64,000 bases of DNA from positions 5,103 to 69,102 of the forward strand of contig CAYYKL010000004.1 in assembly GCA_964441155.1 (NCBI GenBank). The letters run 5' to 3'. This DNA comes from an uncultured Pseudomonadales bacterium (GTDB taxonomy: Bacteria; Patescibacteriota; Microgenomatia; UBA1400; RBG-16-45-19). The position numbers and the translations under genes are program-made. The notes below the pieces were generated by a model. It was not told the origin of the DNA and ran no database searches. It worked only from the letters and a program-made list of their open reading frames with translations. Positions 27,917-38,620 of the stretch are shown here, piece after piece. Numbering within the stretch: position 1 is the first letter of the stretch; every line of letters starts with the position of its first letter.

Positions 27917-28699
27917 ATGCGTGCTGAATCTAATCACACTCTACCACCACATGCAAGCAAGAGCGCTCGCAAGGCAACCGCACAACGCATAACGTTTGTC
28001 GTTGGGCTTATTTGTCTCATTATAGGGATAACATTCATACTCGCCCTGAAGCGGGCAAGCAGCCAGGCGAAAGTCAAGGGAACCGCAACCCAACTATCAG
28101 CTTCACAAGTGCTGGCTCACGTAAACCTTCTGCGTCAAGAATTAGGCATTGCTCCTTTAGTTGTTCATCCCTCACTTGAGCAGGCTGCCGCGCAAAAAGC
28201 TGCCCACATGATCGATAGTGGCTATTGGGAACACACCGATCCCAATTCAGGCATTACCCCGTGGCAATTTATCGATGCCACTGGATATCGGTATGCAAAA
28301 GCTGGGGAAAATTTGGCTCGTGATTTCGATGATTCTCAAAAAGTCACTGAGGCTTGGATGGCCTCACCTCCACACCGAGCCAACTTGCTCGAATCTGCCT
28401 ACATGCATACGGGCATCGGCATCGCGTATGGCATGAGAAGCGATCAACCCACCGTGCTCGTGGTGCAACTGTTAGCCAAACCACTATTGCTACATGAGAC
28501 AGAAAGAACAGGCGAATTTATGTCCACTGCTGCCGTTGCCCCGCAATCAACGCCCACCATTATGCTTATCTTTGCCGGGGGAATACTTTTTGTCGTAGTG
28601 GGCTTGGGGGTACTCATGCTCTCAAGGCGCAACAGTGCACAACAGGTTTCAAATCGCCAGAGCAATAACGCCCCGCCCCTACATCTATGGAGCACATGA
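27917..28699 (+). CDS. CAP/SCP/PR-1 domain protein (YkwD-like) with a C-terminal TM anchor
   Basis: ...AHVNLLRQELGIAPLVVHPSLEQAAAQKAAHM...GENLAR...HRANLLESAYMHTGIGIAYG matches the bacterial CAP-domain family. Confidence 0.75.
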   Translation: MRAESNHTLPPHASKSARKATAQRITFVVGLICLIIGITFILALKRASSQAKVKGTATQLSASQVLAHVNLLRQELGIAPLVVHPSLEQAAAQKAAHMIDSGYWEHTDPNSGITPWQFIDATGYRYAKAGENLARDFDDSQKVTEAWMASPPHRANLLESAYMHTGIGIAYGMRSDQPTVLVVQLLAKPLLLHETERTGEFMSTAAVAPQSTPTIMLIFAGGILFVVVGLGVLMLSRRNSAQQVSNRQSNNAPPLHLWST

Positions 28700-28785
28700 G
28701 ATAACAAAAACCACACTTGAACTTAGGACCCAAAGTCAGCTACTATCAATACATAATCTAATTTTTTAAGAAGTGACCACTGCCC

Positions 28786-31128
28786 ATGGAACTATCTACA
28801 ATTGCCATTTCGCTGAATCAATCTACACTGCCATCTAGACGCGATGTAGGTAACAAAGCCTATCAATTAGCTCAAATGATGCAGGCAAAATTACCTGTCC
28901 CGAGCGCATTTTGTCTTACCACCCAAGCTTACGAACAATTTCTCGAAGAAAACAATCTTACACGACCGATCAAAGAAATTCTTGCGCACGTAAACCCTCA
29001 CCACAACGCCTCATTGTTTGATGCCAGTCGCGAAATTAAGCGGCTAATTCTTGAAGCAAAATTACCAGCGGAAACAAAATCAGCCATTACTAAAGAGCTG
29101 ACCAAGCTTGCGGCCAAAAAAAGCGAGCACTTGGTGGTTAGATCGTCAGCTATGATCGAGGATTTACCCCACTCCTCAATGGCTGGAGCGTTTACCAGCG
29201 TCATTGCCACTTCGGAAATAGCAAGCACCTATAAAGCAATCCGCTCATGCTATGCTTCACTCTACAACGCTCGCTCGCTGTATTACTTTGCTAAAAATAA
29301 ACAGCCATTTTCCACACTAAAAATGGGGGTGATTGTGCAGACCCTGGTCAAAGCTGATCGCTCAGGAGTCATGTTTACCGCTAATCCATTGAGCTCCGAC
29401 CGAGATTCAACCATCATTGAAGCTGTCTGGGGATTAGCTGAATCCATCGTGGCTGGAACACTCATTCCCGATCACTATGAAGTAAACACCAAGCAATGGC
29501 GCCTAACTCGCCAAGAAGTTGCCAAACAAACGCTGATGCTCTTGCCACATGAAAAAGGGAACAAACAAGGTGCCGTCCCTGCGTCTCAAGCAGAAAAAGC
29601 CAAGCTGACTGATCAAGAAATAATGACTCTGGCAAAACTAGGCAAAAAAATTGAAACGCTGTTTACGTATCCGCAAGACATCGAATGGGCATTCGAAAAA
29701 AACGAGTGTTTCCTGCTTCAATCGAGACCCATCACCACACTCATGCCCAAAGACGTCAAATCAGAAGTCGTTAATCCGAAGCGTTTAGGTCGAAGCTTGC
29801 CCGAGCCATTGCTTATTGGCATTATTGCCAGCCCTGGCATTGCCTATGGTCGAGTGGTCTTTGTTGACGACAAAACTGAAAGCTTGCCTGAAGATGCCGT
29901 CATCGTTGCCAAGCGCTTGCCTCCACAGCTAGCACCCCTTTTGCGCGTCGCCAAAGCGCTCATTTCCGAGCAAGGGGGAGTGAGCTCCCATGCAGCCATC
30001 TTAAGTCGTGAGTTTTTGTTGCCAACAATCATCCAAGCAAACGGAGCTACGCGCAAGCTAAAACCTGGTTCGTTTGTCACCGTCGATGCTACCACTGGCA
30101 GAGTCTATGAAGGCAAACTCCCTATTGAGCAACTTAAATTAACCCTTCCCGCTCAAAAGCGAAATATCAGAGATATTAAAACTAAAACCAAAGTATATTT
30201 ATCCCTGCCCGAGATCGAACTGGCACACCCTTACTCACATAAATATGCAGATGGCGTGGGTATTATCCGCGGGGAAGCCATCCTCAAGGAATCTATCTCG
30301 CATCACCCTTTGCACGTGTCAGCACTTCAAAAGAACAAATATTTGGTTACCAAATGGTCTGAAGGTATTGAAACTGTAGCCCAGAGTTTTTACCCCAGAC
30401 CGGTGCTCTATGCTTTCACGAGTTCTCCGAGCAATCATATGGCCGCGCTCGCTGGCGGGAGAGAATTTGAGACAACAGAGAGTAACCCGGCATTAGGTTT
30501 ACGAGGTGCCGCTAAAATGCTTCTGAATCCTCGGTCAGTTGTACACGAGCTTAAAGCATTGGAAATGGCCAGAGAAAAACGCGGCTATAAAAATATCCAC
30601 CTCATCTTGCCATTCGTGCGCACCCCTCATGAACTCAAGCAACTGAAAAAAATTCTGACTGGTTTTCAACTCAACCGCCGAGTCAATCTCAAGCATTTTT
30701 TAAGTATTGACACCATGAATACCGTTCTTATGCTCGATGATTGTATTGACGTGGGCTTAGATGGCATTTTTGTCGATAGCGACATTCTAGCGCAATCAGT
30801 TTTGAGCATCGATCCAGATAACGAACTACTTGATGAAAATTATCAGCGGGATTTGACGGGCATGCACAAAGCACTTGAGATTGTGGTACGCACTGCTAAG
30901 CGTCGAGGCATTGCATGCTTAGTAACCGGCTCGCACTTGCACCTGGACAAAGATCTTCTAGAAAAAGTCTTAAGTTGGGGAGCCAGCAGCATTGCTGCCG
31001 AAGCCGCCTATTTGGATGGCATGCGCCTGGAGACATTTGAGTTTGAACAAGAACACAACAAACCAACTGCTCAAGAGAAAAAAAGAACAACCTCATTGTC
31101 GGTCTTCCAAAGAATATTCAAAAAGTGA
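28786..31128 (+). CDS. ppsA: Phosphoenolpyruvate synthase / pyruvate-phosphate dikinase family enzyme
   Basis: The N-terminal PPDK_N region GNKAYQLAQMMQAKLPVPSAFCLTTQAYEQF, the phospho-histidine mobile domain GGVSSHAAILSREFLLPT, and the C-terminal PEP-utilising TIM barrel. 780 aa. Confidence 0.75.
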   Translation: MELSTIAISLNQSTLPSRRDVGNKAYQLAQMMQAKLPVPSAFCLTTQAYEQFLEENNLTRPIKEILAHVNPHHNASLFDASREIKRLILEAKLPAETKSAITKELTKLAAKKSEHLVVRSSAMIEDLPHSSMAGAFTSVIATSEIASTYKAIRSCYASLYNARSLYYFAKNKQPFSTLKMGVIVQTLVKADRSGVMFTANPLSSDRDSTIIEAVWGLAESIVAGTLIPDHYEVNTKQWRLTRQEVAKQTLMLLPHEKGNKQGAVPASQAEKAKLTDQEIMTLAKLGKKIETLFTYPQDIEWAFEKNECFLLQSRPITTLMPKDVKSEVVNPKRLGRSLPEPLLIGIIASPGIAYGRVVFVDDKTESLPEDAVIVAKRLPPQLAPLLRVAKALISEQGGVSSHAAILSREFLLPTIIQANGATRKLKPGSFVTVDATTGRVYEGKLPIEQLKLTLPAQKRNIRDIKTKTKVYLSLPEIELAHPYSHKYADGVGIIRGEAILKESISHHPLHVSALQKNKYLVTKWSEGIETVAQSFYPRPVLYAFTSSPSNHMAALAGGREFETTESNPALGLRGAAKMLLNPRSVVHELKALEMAREKRGYKNIHLILPFVRTPHELKQLKKILTGFQLNRRVNLKHFLSIDTMNTVLMLDDCIDVGLDGIFVDSDILAQSVLSIDPDNELLDENYQRDLTGMHKALEIVVRTAKRRGIACLVTGSHLHLDKDLLEKVLSWGASSIAAEAAYLDGMRLETFEFEQEHNKPTAQEKKRTTSLSVFQRIFKK

Positions 31129-31151
31129 TCTTTCAAAAAATGTAAAGAGCT

Positions 31152-32648
31152 GTGCGTGACACGTGTTATGATAAATGCCTCATGCACCCTGGCTTGACTC
31201 GAATCTTCAAAAAGCATCCAGTACACCTCATCATTGCAGCGAGCGTTATCGTTAGGTTTGGATTTTTGCTGGTGTCAAACCATCTCTATTATCCGGATGA
31301 AATTTTTCAAACTCTTGAACCGGCATTTGCACATATTTCTGGATTTGGTATTGAAGCTTGGGAATACGAAGCGGGAATTAGACCGTTATTTGTGCCCTTG
31401 CTTTTAAGTCTCCCGTTAAAGGTTTTTTATATGGTATCTCGAGGAGACCCGCAGGTATATACGCTGCTCATGAAATTGTTTCTCTCCACTTGGTCGATTG
31501 TTATCCCTCTTGCAGTCTTTCAAGTAGTGAAAAAATCACATGCAGACGCTCGTCGTGCAAATCACTATGCGCTTCTTTCTGGCTTACTAACAGGGGTTTG
31601 GTTTGAGCTTATCTATGTTGCTCCCAGAGCCCTCTATGAAACACTAGCGCTAAATCTCATAGCAAGTGCCTATCTCGTCTATACGCGCGCTGCAACTCAC
31701 AAAGAAAAGTCACTGAGTAAAGAATTTGGATATGCTTTTTGCGCAAGTCTCGTGGCTTTAACGGGAGCAACCAGACCGCAATTTCTGGTTGTATTTCCCA
31801 TAGGGCTCTTGTGGTTTTTTAACCAAAACACATGGGCAAAAAACAGATTGCTATTCGGTGGCTTGTTGACCGTGCTCGCAATTGGGGCTCATGAATACTC
31901 GCAAACGGGCTTTTTTATGCATAGTTTTTTGCGATATATTGAACTGCAGCTGACTACACCCATAAGCGACATTTTCGGGGTCCAATCATGGCTCTATTAC
32001 CCTAAAGCACTTCTGGCTACGAGCGGGGCATTGTTTATTCCAGCCATAATTACTCTTAAAAAGAAAGTCAGCAGGTCTTGGTGGTTGGCACTCATTGTTC
32101 TGGTTATAAGCCATAGCGCGCTACCTCACAAAGAATTGCGCTTTATCTTGCCCATTGTGCCCATAGTGATGATACTATTTGGCCAAAGTCTTGACCTTTG
32201 GCATCAAACAGCGAAGCGATTCACAAAATATCTGCCAGAAGTTTTAACTGGTGCTGCGCTACTTATGAGCATATTATCGCTTCTTTATGTTTTTCCTTGG
32301 TCTAAAGAGTACTACACAGTGCCATTTCTTTACAGAGATTCACTGCTTAAAACTGCTAATGTTTTGCATGAGGATTCGAGTGTCTGTGGAATATATGATG
32401 AATCACGAACTTGGCCAATTTCTCTGAGTTATTATCTTATAAACCGTAATGTACCGCTGTATAACCAAGATTATCCGCCGCCCAACCTGGATGTGATTAG
32501 CCATCAACTCACGCAGGTAGGTGACTCGATCGCGGTTTCAGTAAAACAACCGGCAACGTGCGCAACCGACCCAGCTTACACCAACAAGCGTTCGTTTCCA
32601 GCAATTCAATCGATCGTAGAAGAGTACCAATTCTCAAGCGTAAAGTAA
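31152..32648 (+). CDS. GT22-like (Alg9/PigB/PimE-type) integral-membrane mannosyltransferase
   Basis: Multi-TM protein. The first loop HLYYPDEIFQTLEPAFAHISG matches the GT22 hallmark (HPDEhFQSlE). Confidence 0.55.
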   Translation: MRDTCYDKCLMHPGLTRIFKKHPVHLIIAASVIVRFGFLLVSNHLYYPDEIFQTLEPAFAHISGFGIEAWEYEAGIRPLFVPLLLSLPLKVFYMVSRGDPQVYTLLMKLFLSTWSIVIPLAVFQVVKKSHADARRANHYALLSGLLTGVWFELIYVAPRALYETLALNLIASAYLVYTRAATHKEKSLSKEFGYAFCASLVALTGATRPQFLVVFPIGLLWFFNQNTWAKNRLLFGGLLTVLAIGAHEYSQTGFFMHSFLRYIELQLTTPISDIFGVQSWLYYPKALLATSGALFIPAIITLKKKVSRSWWLALIVLVISHSALPHKELRFILPIVPIVMILFGQSLDLWHQTAKRFTKYLPEVLTGAALLMSILSLLYVFPWSKEYYTVPFLYRDSLLKTANVLHEDSSVCGIYDESRTWPISLSYYLINRNVPLYNQDYPPPNLDVISHQLTQVGDSIAVSVKQPATCATDPAYTNKRSFPAIQSIVEEYQFSSVK

Positions 32649-34271
32649 TCGAATATATTCATCCAGCATCCGCTGCGTCGTAAATCGCTTGGATAATTCT
32701 AAAGTTTTTTTCATCCGCGCTAACCAACCCTGAGGCACATTATTTTGATCACGGTCATAATACAGTGGCACAATATCTTTTTCGAGGCGCAGGTAGAGTG
32801 TTGGAGCCAAGTGATTAGAGTCAAGTGACCAACCCATGTCATGCCATTCGACTTCCGCTGCCCAACCATCTTCTACGGTCAACTGCAAAACACCATTGGC
32901 GATTGCTTTCATGCCTGAAGTACCTGATGCTTCTTCACCGTATATTGGAGTGTTGAGCCACACATCCACACCTTTTACGAGGTGATTGGCCACATCCATA
33001 TTGTAGTTTGGAATAAACAGAGCGTGACCCTCTAGTTCCGTCTTCATCAGTTTAATCATGTCGGCAAGCAGTTGCTTGGCAGTAATATCACGAGCGTGTG
33101 CTTTGCCACTTAACAAGAATTGCACGGGTCGATCTGCCTGCATAAGAATTGCCTTCATTCGAGCAATATCTTCAAAAATCGCATTTGGTCGTTTATAGGT
33201 GGCAATTCTTCTTGCCCATCCGATAACCAATCGATTTGGATCGTATCCTGCTCCCGTTTTCTCGTTCACAAAATTGGCCAAATTTTTCTTAAGTTCTAAG
33301 TGATTCCACCACAGCTGATCACCAGACAAGTCAACTTGCTTAATGCTTTCATCTTGCCAAGTTGGGTGATGGACACCGTTGGTGATACCCACCCAATCGT
33401 ATTCCGGCCAAAGAGTTTTGGACAATTCATAGTGAATTTGGCTCACCGCTGAAGCTTTGCGCGAAATATTAAGTGCAAATTGCGTCATGCTAAAAGCACC
33501 CGTTGAAGGGTCAAAACCAGGGGCGAGCAATTGTTCGATAGTGACTCCCATTTTCTGGGCATAGTAGGTAGCATTGGCCTTAAGAAGGTCAACGTCAAAC
33601 GAATTGTTTCCCGCACGAACCAGAGTGTGATTGGTGTAAACGATTTTAGATTGTGCTTTTGAGCGCGCTTCTTCGTAGGTTAGGTGATCCTGATCCATGT
33701 ATCCTCGAATCAACTGCCAAAAGAGAAACGCTGGCCTGCCTTCATTGACGTGATACACCGATGGTTCGATTTTCAAAGCTCTGAGTACTTTAATACCGCC
33801 AATACCCATAACCATTTGCTGCATTAACTGCTCTTCTTCTGAGCCGTTGTAGATAGCACAGGCAATTTTTCGATCGTTCAATTCATTTTGATCGGTGTCA
33901 GTATCGAGCAAATAGAGAACCACCTGACCAAATGATTTTTTCCAAACCCGTGCCCAGACGTTTTTATTGGTGAGATGAATATTTACGAATAATGGTTGTT
34001 CATCGGCAGCGTAGACATGTTCGTAACCTAGCTTAACTGGATCAACTTCAACATCAACTTCATATTGCATGCCGTTCTCATCGACCTGTGCTTGGTTGCC
34101 ACAGCCACGATAAAGCAACCCCAATGCCACCATGGGTACGTTTGAATCTGCAGCTTGTTTAAGCGTATCACCGGACAATATGCCCAAACCACCGGCATAC
34201 AAGGGCAAGTCATGAGACAAACCAAATTCAGCACTAAAATAGGCAATGGGATGTTGAGCAGTTGGTTGCAT
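32634..34271 (-). CDS. glgP: Alpha-glucan (glycogen/maltodextrin) phosphorylase, GT35
   Basis: N-terminal AYFSAEFGLSHDLPLYAGGLGILSGDTLKQAADSNVPMVALGLLYRGCG and the PLP-lysine region SGKAHARD..AKQLL are characteristic of alpha-glucan phosphorylases. Confidence 0.85.
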   Translation of the reverse strand: MQPTAQHPIAYFSAEFGLSHDLPLYAGGLGILSGDTLKQAADSNVPMVALGLLYRGCGNQAQVDENGMQYEVDVEVDPVKLGYEHVYAADEQPLFVNIHLTNKNVWARVWKKSFGQVVLYLLDTDTDQNELNDRKIACAIYNGSEEEQLMQQMVMGIGGIKVLRALKIEPSVYHVNEGRPAFLFWQLIRGYMDQDHLTYEEARSKAQSKIVYTNHTLVRAGNNSFDVDLLKANATYYAQKMGVTIEQLLAPGFDPSTGAFSMTQFALNISRKASAVSQIHYELSKTLWPEYDWVGITNGVHHPTWQDESIKQVDLSGDQLWWNHLELKKNLANFVNEKTGAGYDPNRLVIGWARRIATYKRPNAIFEDIARMKAILMQADRPVQFLLSGKAHARDITAKQLLADMIKLMKTELEGHALFIPNYNMDVANHLVKGVDVWLNTPIYGEEASGTSGMKAIANGVLQLTVEDGWAAEVEWHDMGWSLDSNHLAPTLYLRLEKDIVPLYYDRDQNNVPQGWLARMKKTLELSKRFTTQRMLDEYIRLLYA

Positions 34272-34424
34272 ATAGAATTATTTCTTCTACGGTAAGCTTA
34301 ATCGCAAAACCCATCACCTGTAAAGGGCAAGCTTTACCAATTGACCTAGGAATCTTTCAGTTCGTAAAAATCTGCTATAGTTAAGACACGCTACAAAAAT
34401 GCATGAAATGAAGGAGAGTTTCCC

Positions 34425-35459
34425 ATGGATAGTTTTGCTGCCCACTTATCCGAACTAACCAACAAAACAGTGCTTATTCGATGTAATTTCGATGTGCCAG
34501 TCGACAAGGGTAAAGTTGTCGATACAACCAGGATCGAGGATGCACTACCAAGCCTCAAACTACTCAAAGAAAATAACATTCGAACAATCATCGTGGCTCA
34601 CTTAGGCCGACCAGATGGAGCGTTTAATGCCTCTTATTCGCTTAAGCCCATCGTGACAGTTCTGGAAAACATGATTAGTGCGAAGATCGGCGTGTTGGAC
34701 TACAACAAAGACATGAGCGTCGTGCTCAAGCAAGCGGAAACTCTAACAGAGTCAATATTACTTTTGGAGAATATTCGATTCTGGAGTGGAGAAGAGAATA
34801 ATGATCAAGATTTTGCGACTGACCTAGCCACATTAGGCTCAGCGTACGTCAACGAATGCTTCGCTACCTGTCATCGCAAACACGCCTCCATGGTTGGTTT
34901 GCCAAAGCTTTTACCTCACTATGCCGGCATTTCACTCGCAAAAGAAGTAACGACCCTCAATCGAGTTAAGCACCATCCAGAACATCCATTCGTGGTCGTA
35001 ATTGGTGGAGCAAAACTAGAAACCAAAGAACCCCTCGTCAATGCTTTCGTTACTACCGCCGACACGATTTTAGTGGGAGGCAAAGTCGCTCTCGATCTCA
35101 AGCTGCACCCTGAACCATTACCAGCCAATGTAGTTTTGGCCGAGCTGGAACCGCACGGCAAAGACATAACTAAAACATCTGCTGATAGATTCGCTGCCAT
35201 TATTAACGATGCGGCACTCATTGTGTGGAATGGGGCCATGGGTGTATTTGAAGAAGATGAATATGCGCAAGGAACTAAAATTGTAGGCAAGGCCATGGCA
35301 GAAACTAAAGGTTTTAGTGTGGTAGGGGGAGGGGACACCGAAACTGCACTTACTCAGTTTGATCTTGAATCAGGGATTGATTTTATTAGCACCGGTGGTG
35401 GAGCAATGCTTGAATACCTTACCCAAAGCAGTTTGCCAGCACTCGTTGCTCTCGGGTAG
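34425..35459 (+). CDS. pgk: Phosphoglycerate kinase (compact form)
   Basis: ...VLIRCNFDVPVDKGKVVDTTRIEDALPS...AHLGRPDG..., C-terminal GGGDT and ISTGGGAMLEYL. The 344-aa length comes from internal deletions, not truncation. Confidence 0.8.
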   Translation: MDSFAAHLSELTNKTVLIRCNFDVPVDKGKVVDTTRIEDALPSLKLLKENNIRTIIVAHLGRPDGAFNASYSLKPIVTVLENMISAKIGVLDYNKDMSVVLKQAETLTESILLLENIRFWSGEENNDQDFATDLATLGSAYVNECFATCHRKHASMVGLPKLLPHYAGISLAKEVTTLNRVKHHPEHPFVVVIGGAKLETKEPLVNAFVTTADTILVGGKVALDLKLHPEPLPANVVLAELEPHGKDITKTSADRFAAIINDAALIVWNGAMGVFEEDEYAQGTKIVGKAMAETKGFSVVGGGDTETALTQFDLESGIDFISTGGGAMLEYLTQSSLPALVALG

Positions 35460-35473
35460 AATAAACATTACGT

Positions 35474-36163
35474 ATGCGTCAATCTCACCAAGTGTCAATA
35501 ATTCTCATACTGGTTTTTACTCTTGGACTCATAAGTGCGCATCTGCTAGTTCTACGATCTATTAATCGTGAAAGTGTTGTTCCCGCACCCTCACAATCGC
35601 TGCAAAAAGTTATTCAACCAAATGCTTTTTTCTACTCAGGTGTTGTGGCTAAACGAAACCAAACGCAGGTGAGTGTCAATTATTCGATGAGTGATTATCC
35701 CCACGTCATGCACTTGGATTTAATTGTTCCCGATGGGACTCAAACTATCTCACGCCTTATAACTCACCCCATACTTACGTCTTTACCTTGGGAATATGTC
35801 GAGTCAAATGGTATTCGGTTGTATCAAAAAACTAAAATATATCAATCTATCGACCAATTCGCTACCAAGCCTGCTGCCGGAAAAACGATTCTGGCTGACG
35901 AAGCGCTCATCCTTACCCCTGCCTACAAAGACTTGAACGCCAAACCATTAAATGAATTTGCTAGTCTTGATGGCATTGAGTATATTTTGACCACATATGT
36001 GCCATCACAACCATTGGGCACTGGACATCGGTATCAAACAATCTTGGATTCAAGCAGCGCACTCGTTAATCTTAAAAACGAGCTTGTTTGGCATATTCGG
36101 ATTCCAACCGCCACTCTAGAACATCCCTTATATTTAGGGGGTGTTGAAGTGAATTACCAATAG
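35474..36163 (+). CDS. Hypothetical N-terminally anchored extracytoplasmic protein
   Basis: 229-aa ORF with a single N-terminal TM. No family recognised. Confidence 0.3.
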   Translation: MRQSHQVSIILILVFTLGLISAHLLVLRSINRESVVPAPSQSLQKVIQPNAFFYSGVVAKRNQTQVSVNYSMSDYPHVMHLDLIVPDGTQTISRLITHPILTSLPWEYVESNGIRLYQKTKIYQSIDQFATKPAAGKTILADEALILTPAYKDLNAKPLNEFASLDGIEYILTTYVPSQPLGTGHRYQTILDSSSALVNLKNELVWHIRIPTATLEHPLYLGGVEVNYQ

Positions 36164-36290
36164 CTGGGGTATTGACACTTCCAGGCATTGGTCTATCCTT
36201 AAAAAGGAATAAAATATATACAAAGCCCTTTAGTTCCGTCTTATTTGACAAACTGCCAAAGTTTGGAATAATAGTTTGTAGCACCACAAC

Positions 36291-37241
36291 ATGAACAAAA
36301 GCTATTTGCAAACGCTTTCCATCGCTGCCTTCCTTGGAATAGTCGCATCTTTATCAGCGATAATTTTTGCATTTTCTCCCGCGCGAGCCCAAGAACAAGG
36401 CAAAGCAATTACGGTAATTCCTCCCCGTTTTGAACTGTTTGCTAATCCCGGTGAAACCGTAACCGAGCGCATCAGGGTCCGAAATGAATCTGATTTTCCT
36501 GTCAATTATGCCGTAGTCATAGAAGATTTCACAGCTGCTGGCGAAGAAGGGCATGTGGTGTTAGAAGAAGATTCTAATACGAACTTTTCCCTAGCCAAAT
36601 GGATGGAACCAGAATCAAAAGAGCTTATTCTCCAACCTAAAGAGGAGCGAGCAGTTAGCTTTAGGATAAACGTTCCCCGAAGTGCAGAACCAGGTGGTCA
36701 CTACGCTTCGGTGCTATTTTCTTCGGCCGGCGAACAAACTCCCGGGTCTGCTGCCGTAACCCAAAGAATTGGTTCCTTGGTTCTATTGAGAGTCTCAGGC
36801 AACGTCACCGAAAATGCCACCATAGAAACGTTTGAAGCGCCATCATATTTACAAAATGGGCCAGTGGAAATTTCTCTACGTGTCAAAAATGAAGGAAATG
36901 TCCACGTGAGACCAAAGGGCACGATTATCATCACCAATCTTTTCAATAAAAAAGTTGATGAAATTCCCTTAAACGGTTCCAACATTATTCCTGGATCGGT
37001 TCGCAAAATGATTACCACCTGGGACAAAAAGAACATCCTCGGTGTCTACAAAGCAACGATGGTTTCCACCTACGGAGAGCAGAACGTGCCACTCACAGCA
37101 GCGACTCGGTTTACGGTCGCTTCACCCATTGCCCTAGCACTTATCGGTATTGGGTCAATTGCACTTCTCATCTTTTTACTCTCCTTGGTGAGTGGGCGCA
37201 AACGCCTCGGCAAGGCCTTCAAAGCGCTTTCAAGCGACTAA
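36291..37241 (+). CDS. Cell-surface protein with two CARDB/DUF11-like beta-sandwich domains and a C-terminal TM anchor
   Basis: Signal peptide. PGETVTERIRVRNESDFPVNYAVVIEDF and GPVEISLRVKNEGNVHV are CARDB/NEW3-like motifs. C-terminal IALALIGIGSIALLIFLLSLVSGRKR. Confidence 0.45.
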   Translation: MNKSYLQTLSIAAFLGIVASLSAIIFAFSPARAQEQGKAITVIPPRFELFANPGETVTERIRVRNESDFPVNYAVVIEDFTAAGEEGHVVLEEDSNTNFSLAKWMEPESKELILQPKEERAVSFRINVPRSAEPGGHYASVLFSSAGEQTPGSAAVTQRIGSLVLLRVSGNVTENATIETFEAPSYLQNGPVEISLRVKNEGNVHVRPKGTIIITNLFNKKVDEIPLNGSNIIPGSVRKMITTWDKKNILGVYKATMVSTYGEQNVPLTAATRFTVASPIALALIGIGSIALLIFLLSLVSGRKRLGKAFKALSSD

Positions 37242-37336
37242 ACGTTCTAACTAACAAAGTTGCTTGAATTGTCCGTACCCCTTGCTTCTCAATCCATATA
37301 CAATGATGTTGTACCGTTTATTAATCAAGCGGCTAG

Positions 37337-38578
37337 TTGTTAGTGGCAACAGTAATGAAGCGCATTGCATTATTAGGCATTCTCACTTTCTCGGTCATAG
37401 TCACCTATGTTTTTGGAGGGCGCGTTGGCGCAGCTGGAAGCCTGAATGAGCTCTCTGACCTCATCAACAACGATGAAGTCAGCACACCTGCAGAGCATTT
37501 AATAAGTTTTCAATTACCAATTACATCTGAAGCAATTGTAAGCACTGACTATATTCATGTATACCTGGCGGGATATTCGAATGTGACCGCCCCAACCTCG
37601 TTGAGTGGTTCATATTCAGGCACACCAACCTTTTCCGTTTCAGGCAATTATGCTCGAGTGACTGGCATTGGCCTAAGTCCCGGTGTATCTTTGACTATTG
37701 GCGGCATTACCGCCACTAATCCTGCTACGGTTGGCGGTTTCCAAGTTATAGTTTCAGTTACTGAAGATGAAGCTGGTTTATTAGTTAAAAATATTAGCAA
37801 TATTGTGGCCATCAGGGGAGGCAGTGCCATAACGGTAAGTGCCATGATCGATACACCCAGCGCGTCGGTGTTGTTTTCTGGCTACTCTGCTCCAAACACC
37901 TTTATCACCTTTACCGAAGATGGCACGGTGCATGGCACTGATATCACCAACGAACTAGGCTTTTTCTCCAAACTTTTGACCGGTCTTTCACCTGGAGATC
38001 ATAGTTTTAGTTTGTATGGTGTCGATTGGATCAACTTAACCACAGCTCCACACGTCATCAATGTATACGCACCCATATACACCCAAACAAATATTACCGA
38101 CATATTGTTATCACCCACACTTCAAATAAGTGATAACGAAATTCTCCAAGGCGAAGACATTGTGGCCTCAGGCTCAGCCAAGCCTGACTCAAACATCACC
38201 ATCTTCACCGAAAGCCCTCTTAGAACTTACTATGCTACAGCCACCAGCTCAGGAGCTTGGTCATACACCATCGACAACACTGACGAGTATGTCGTTGGTG
38301 ACTATACCATGTATGCACTGGCTCAAGACGATTTTGGCGTGCAAAGCTTTGTGAGCATTGCACTCGGTTTTAGCGTAGTTTCGGCAACCAGCGGATCAGG
38401 CACTGCCTGTGGCGATATTACTCGCGGGGACTTAAACTGTGATGATTCTATCAATCTAACCGACTTTTCTATTCTTATGTACTATTGGGGCACTGCCAAC
38501 GCAACTGCAGACATGAACACTGACAGCGTAGTCAATCTCACCGACTTTTCGATACAAATGTATTGGTGGGGGACGTAA
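37337..38578 (+). CDS. Secreted protein with Ig-like repeats and a C-terminal dockerin (type I-like) module
   Basis: Signal peptide. The C-terminal duplicated calcium-binding segments GDLNCDDSINLTDFSILMYYWGT and DMNTDSVVNLTDFSIQMYWWGT fit the dockerin repeat pattern (DxNxDxxxNxxDfxxhxxyW). Confidence 0.55.
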   Translation: MLVATVMKRIALLGILTFSVIVTYVFGGRVGAAGSLNELSDLINNDEVSTPAEHLISFQLPITSEAIVSTDYIHVYLAGYSNVTAPTSLSGSYSGTPTFSVSGNYARVTGIGLSPGVSLTIGGITATNPATVGGFQVIVSVTEDEAGLLVKNISNIVAIRGGSAITVSAMIDTPSASVLFSGYSAPNTFITFTEDGTVHGTDITNELGFFSKLLTGLSPGDHSFSLYGVDWINLTTAPHVINVYAPIYTQTNITDILLSPTLQISDNEILQGEDIVASGSAKPDSNITIFTESPLRTYYATATSSGAWSYTIDNTDEYVVGDYTMYALAQDDFGVQSFVSIALGFSVVSATSGSGTACGDITRGDLNCDDSINLTDFSILMYYWGTANATADMNTDSVVNLTDFSIQMYWWGT

Positions 38579-38620
38579 AGCCAAACAAATGCTTGACGTG
38601 ATTGCAATTACCTCTCATGA

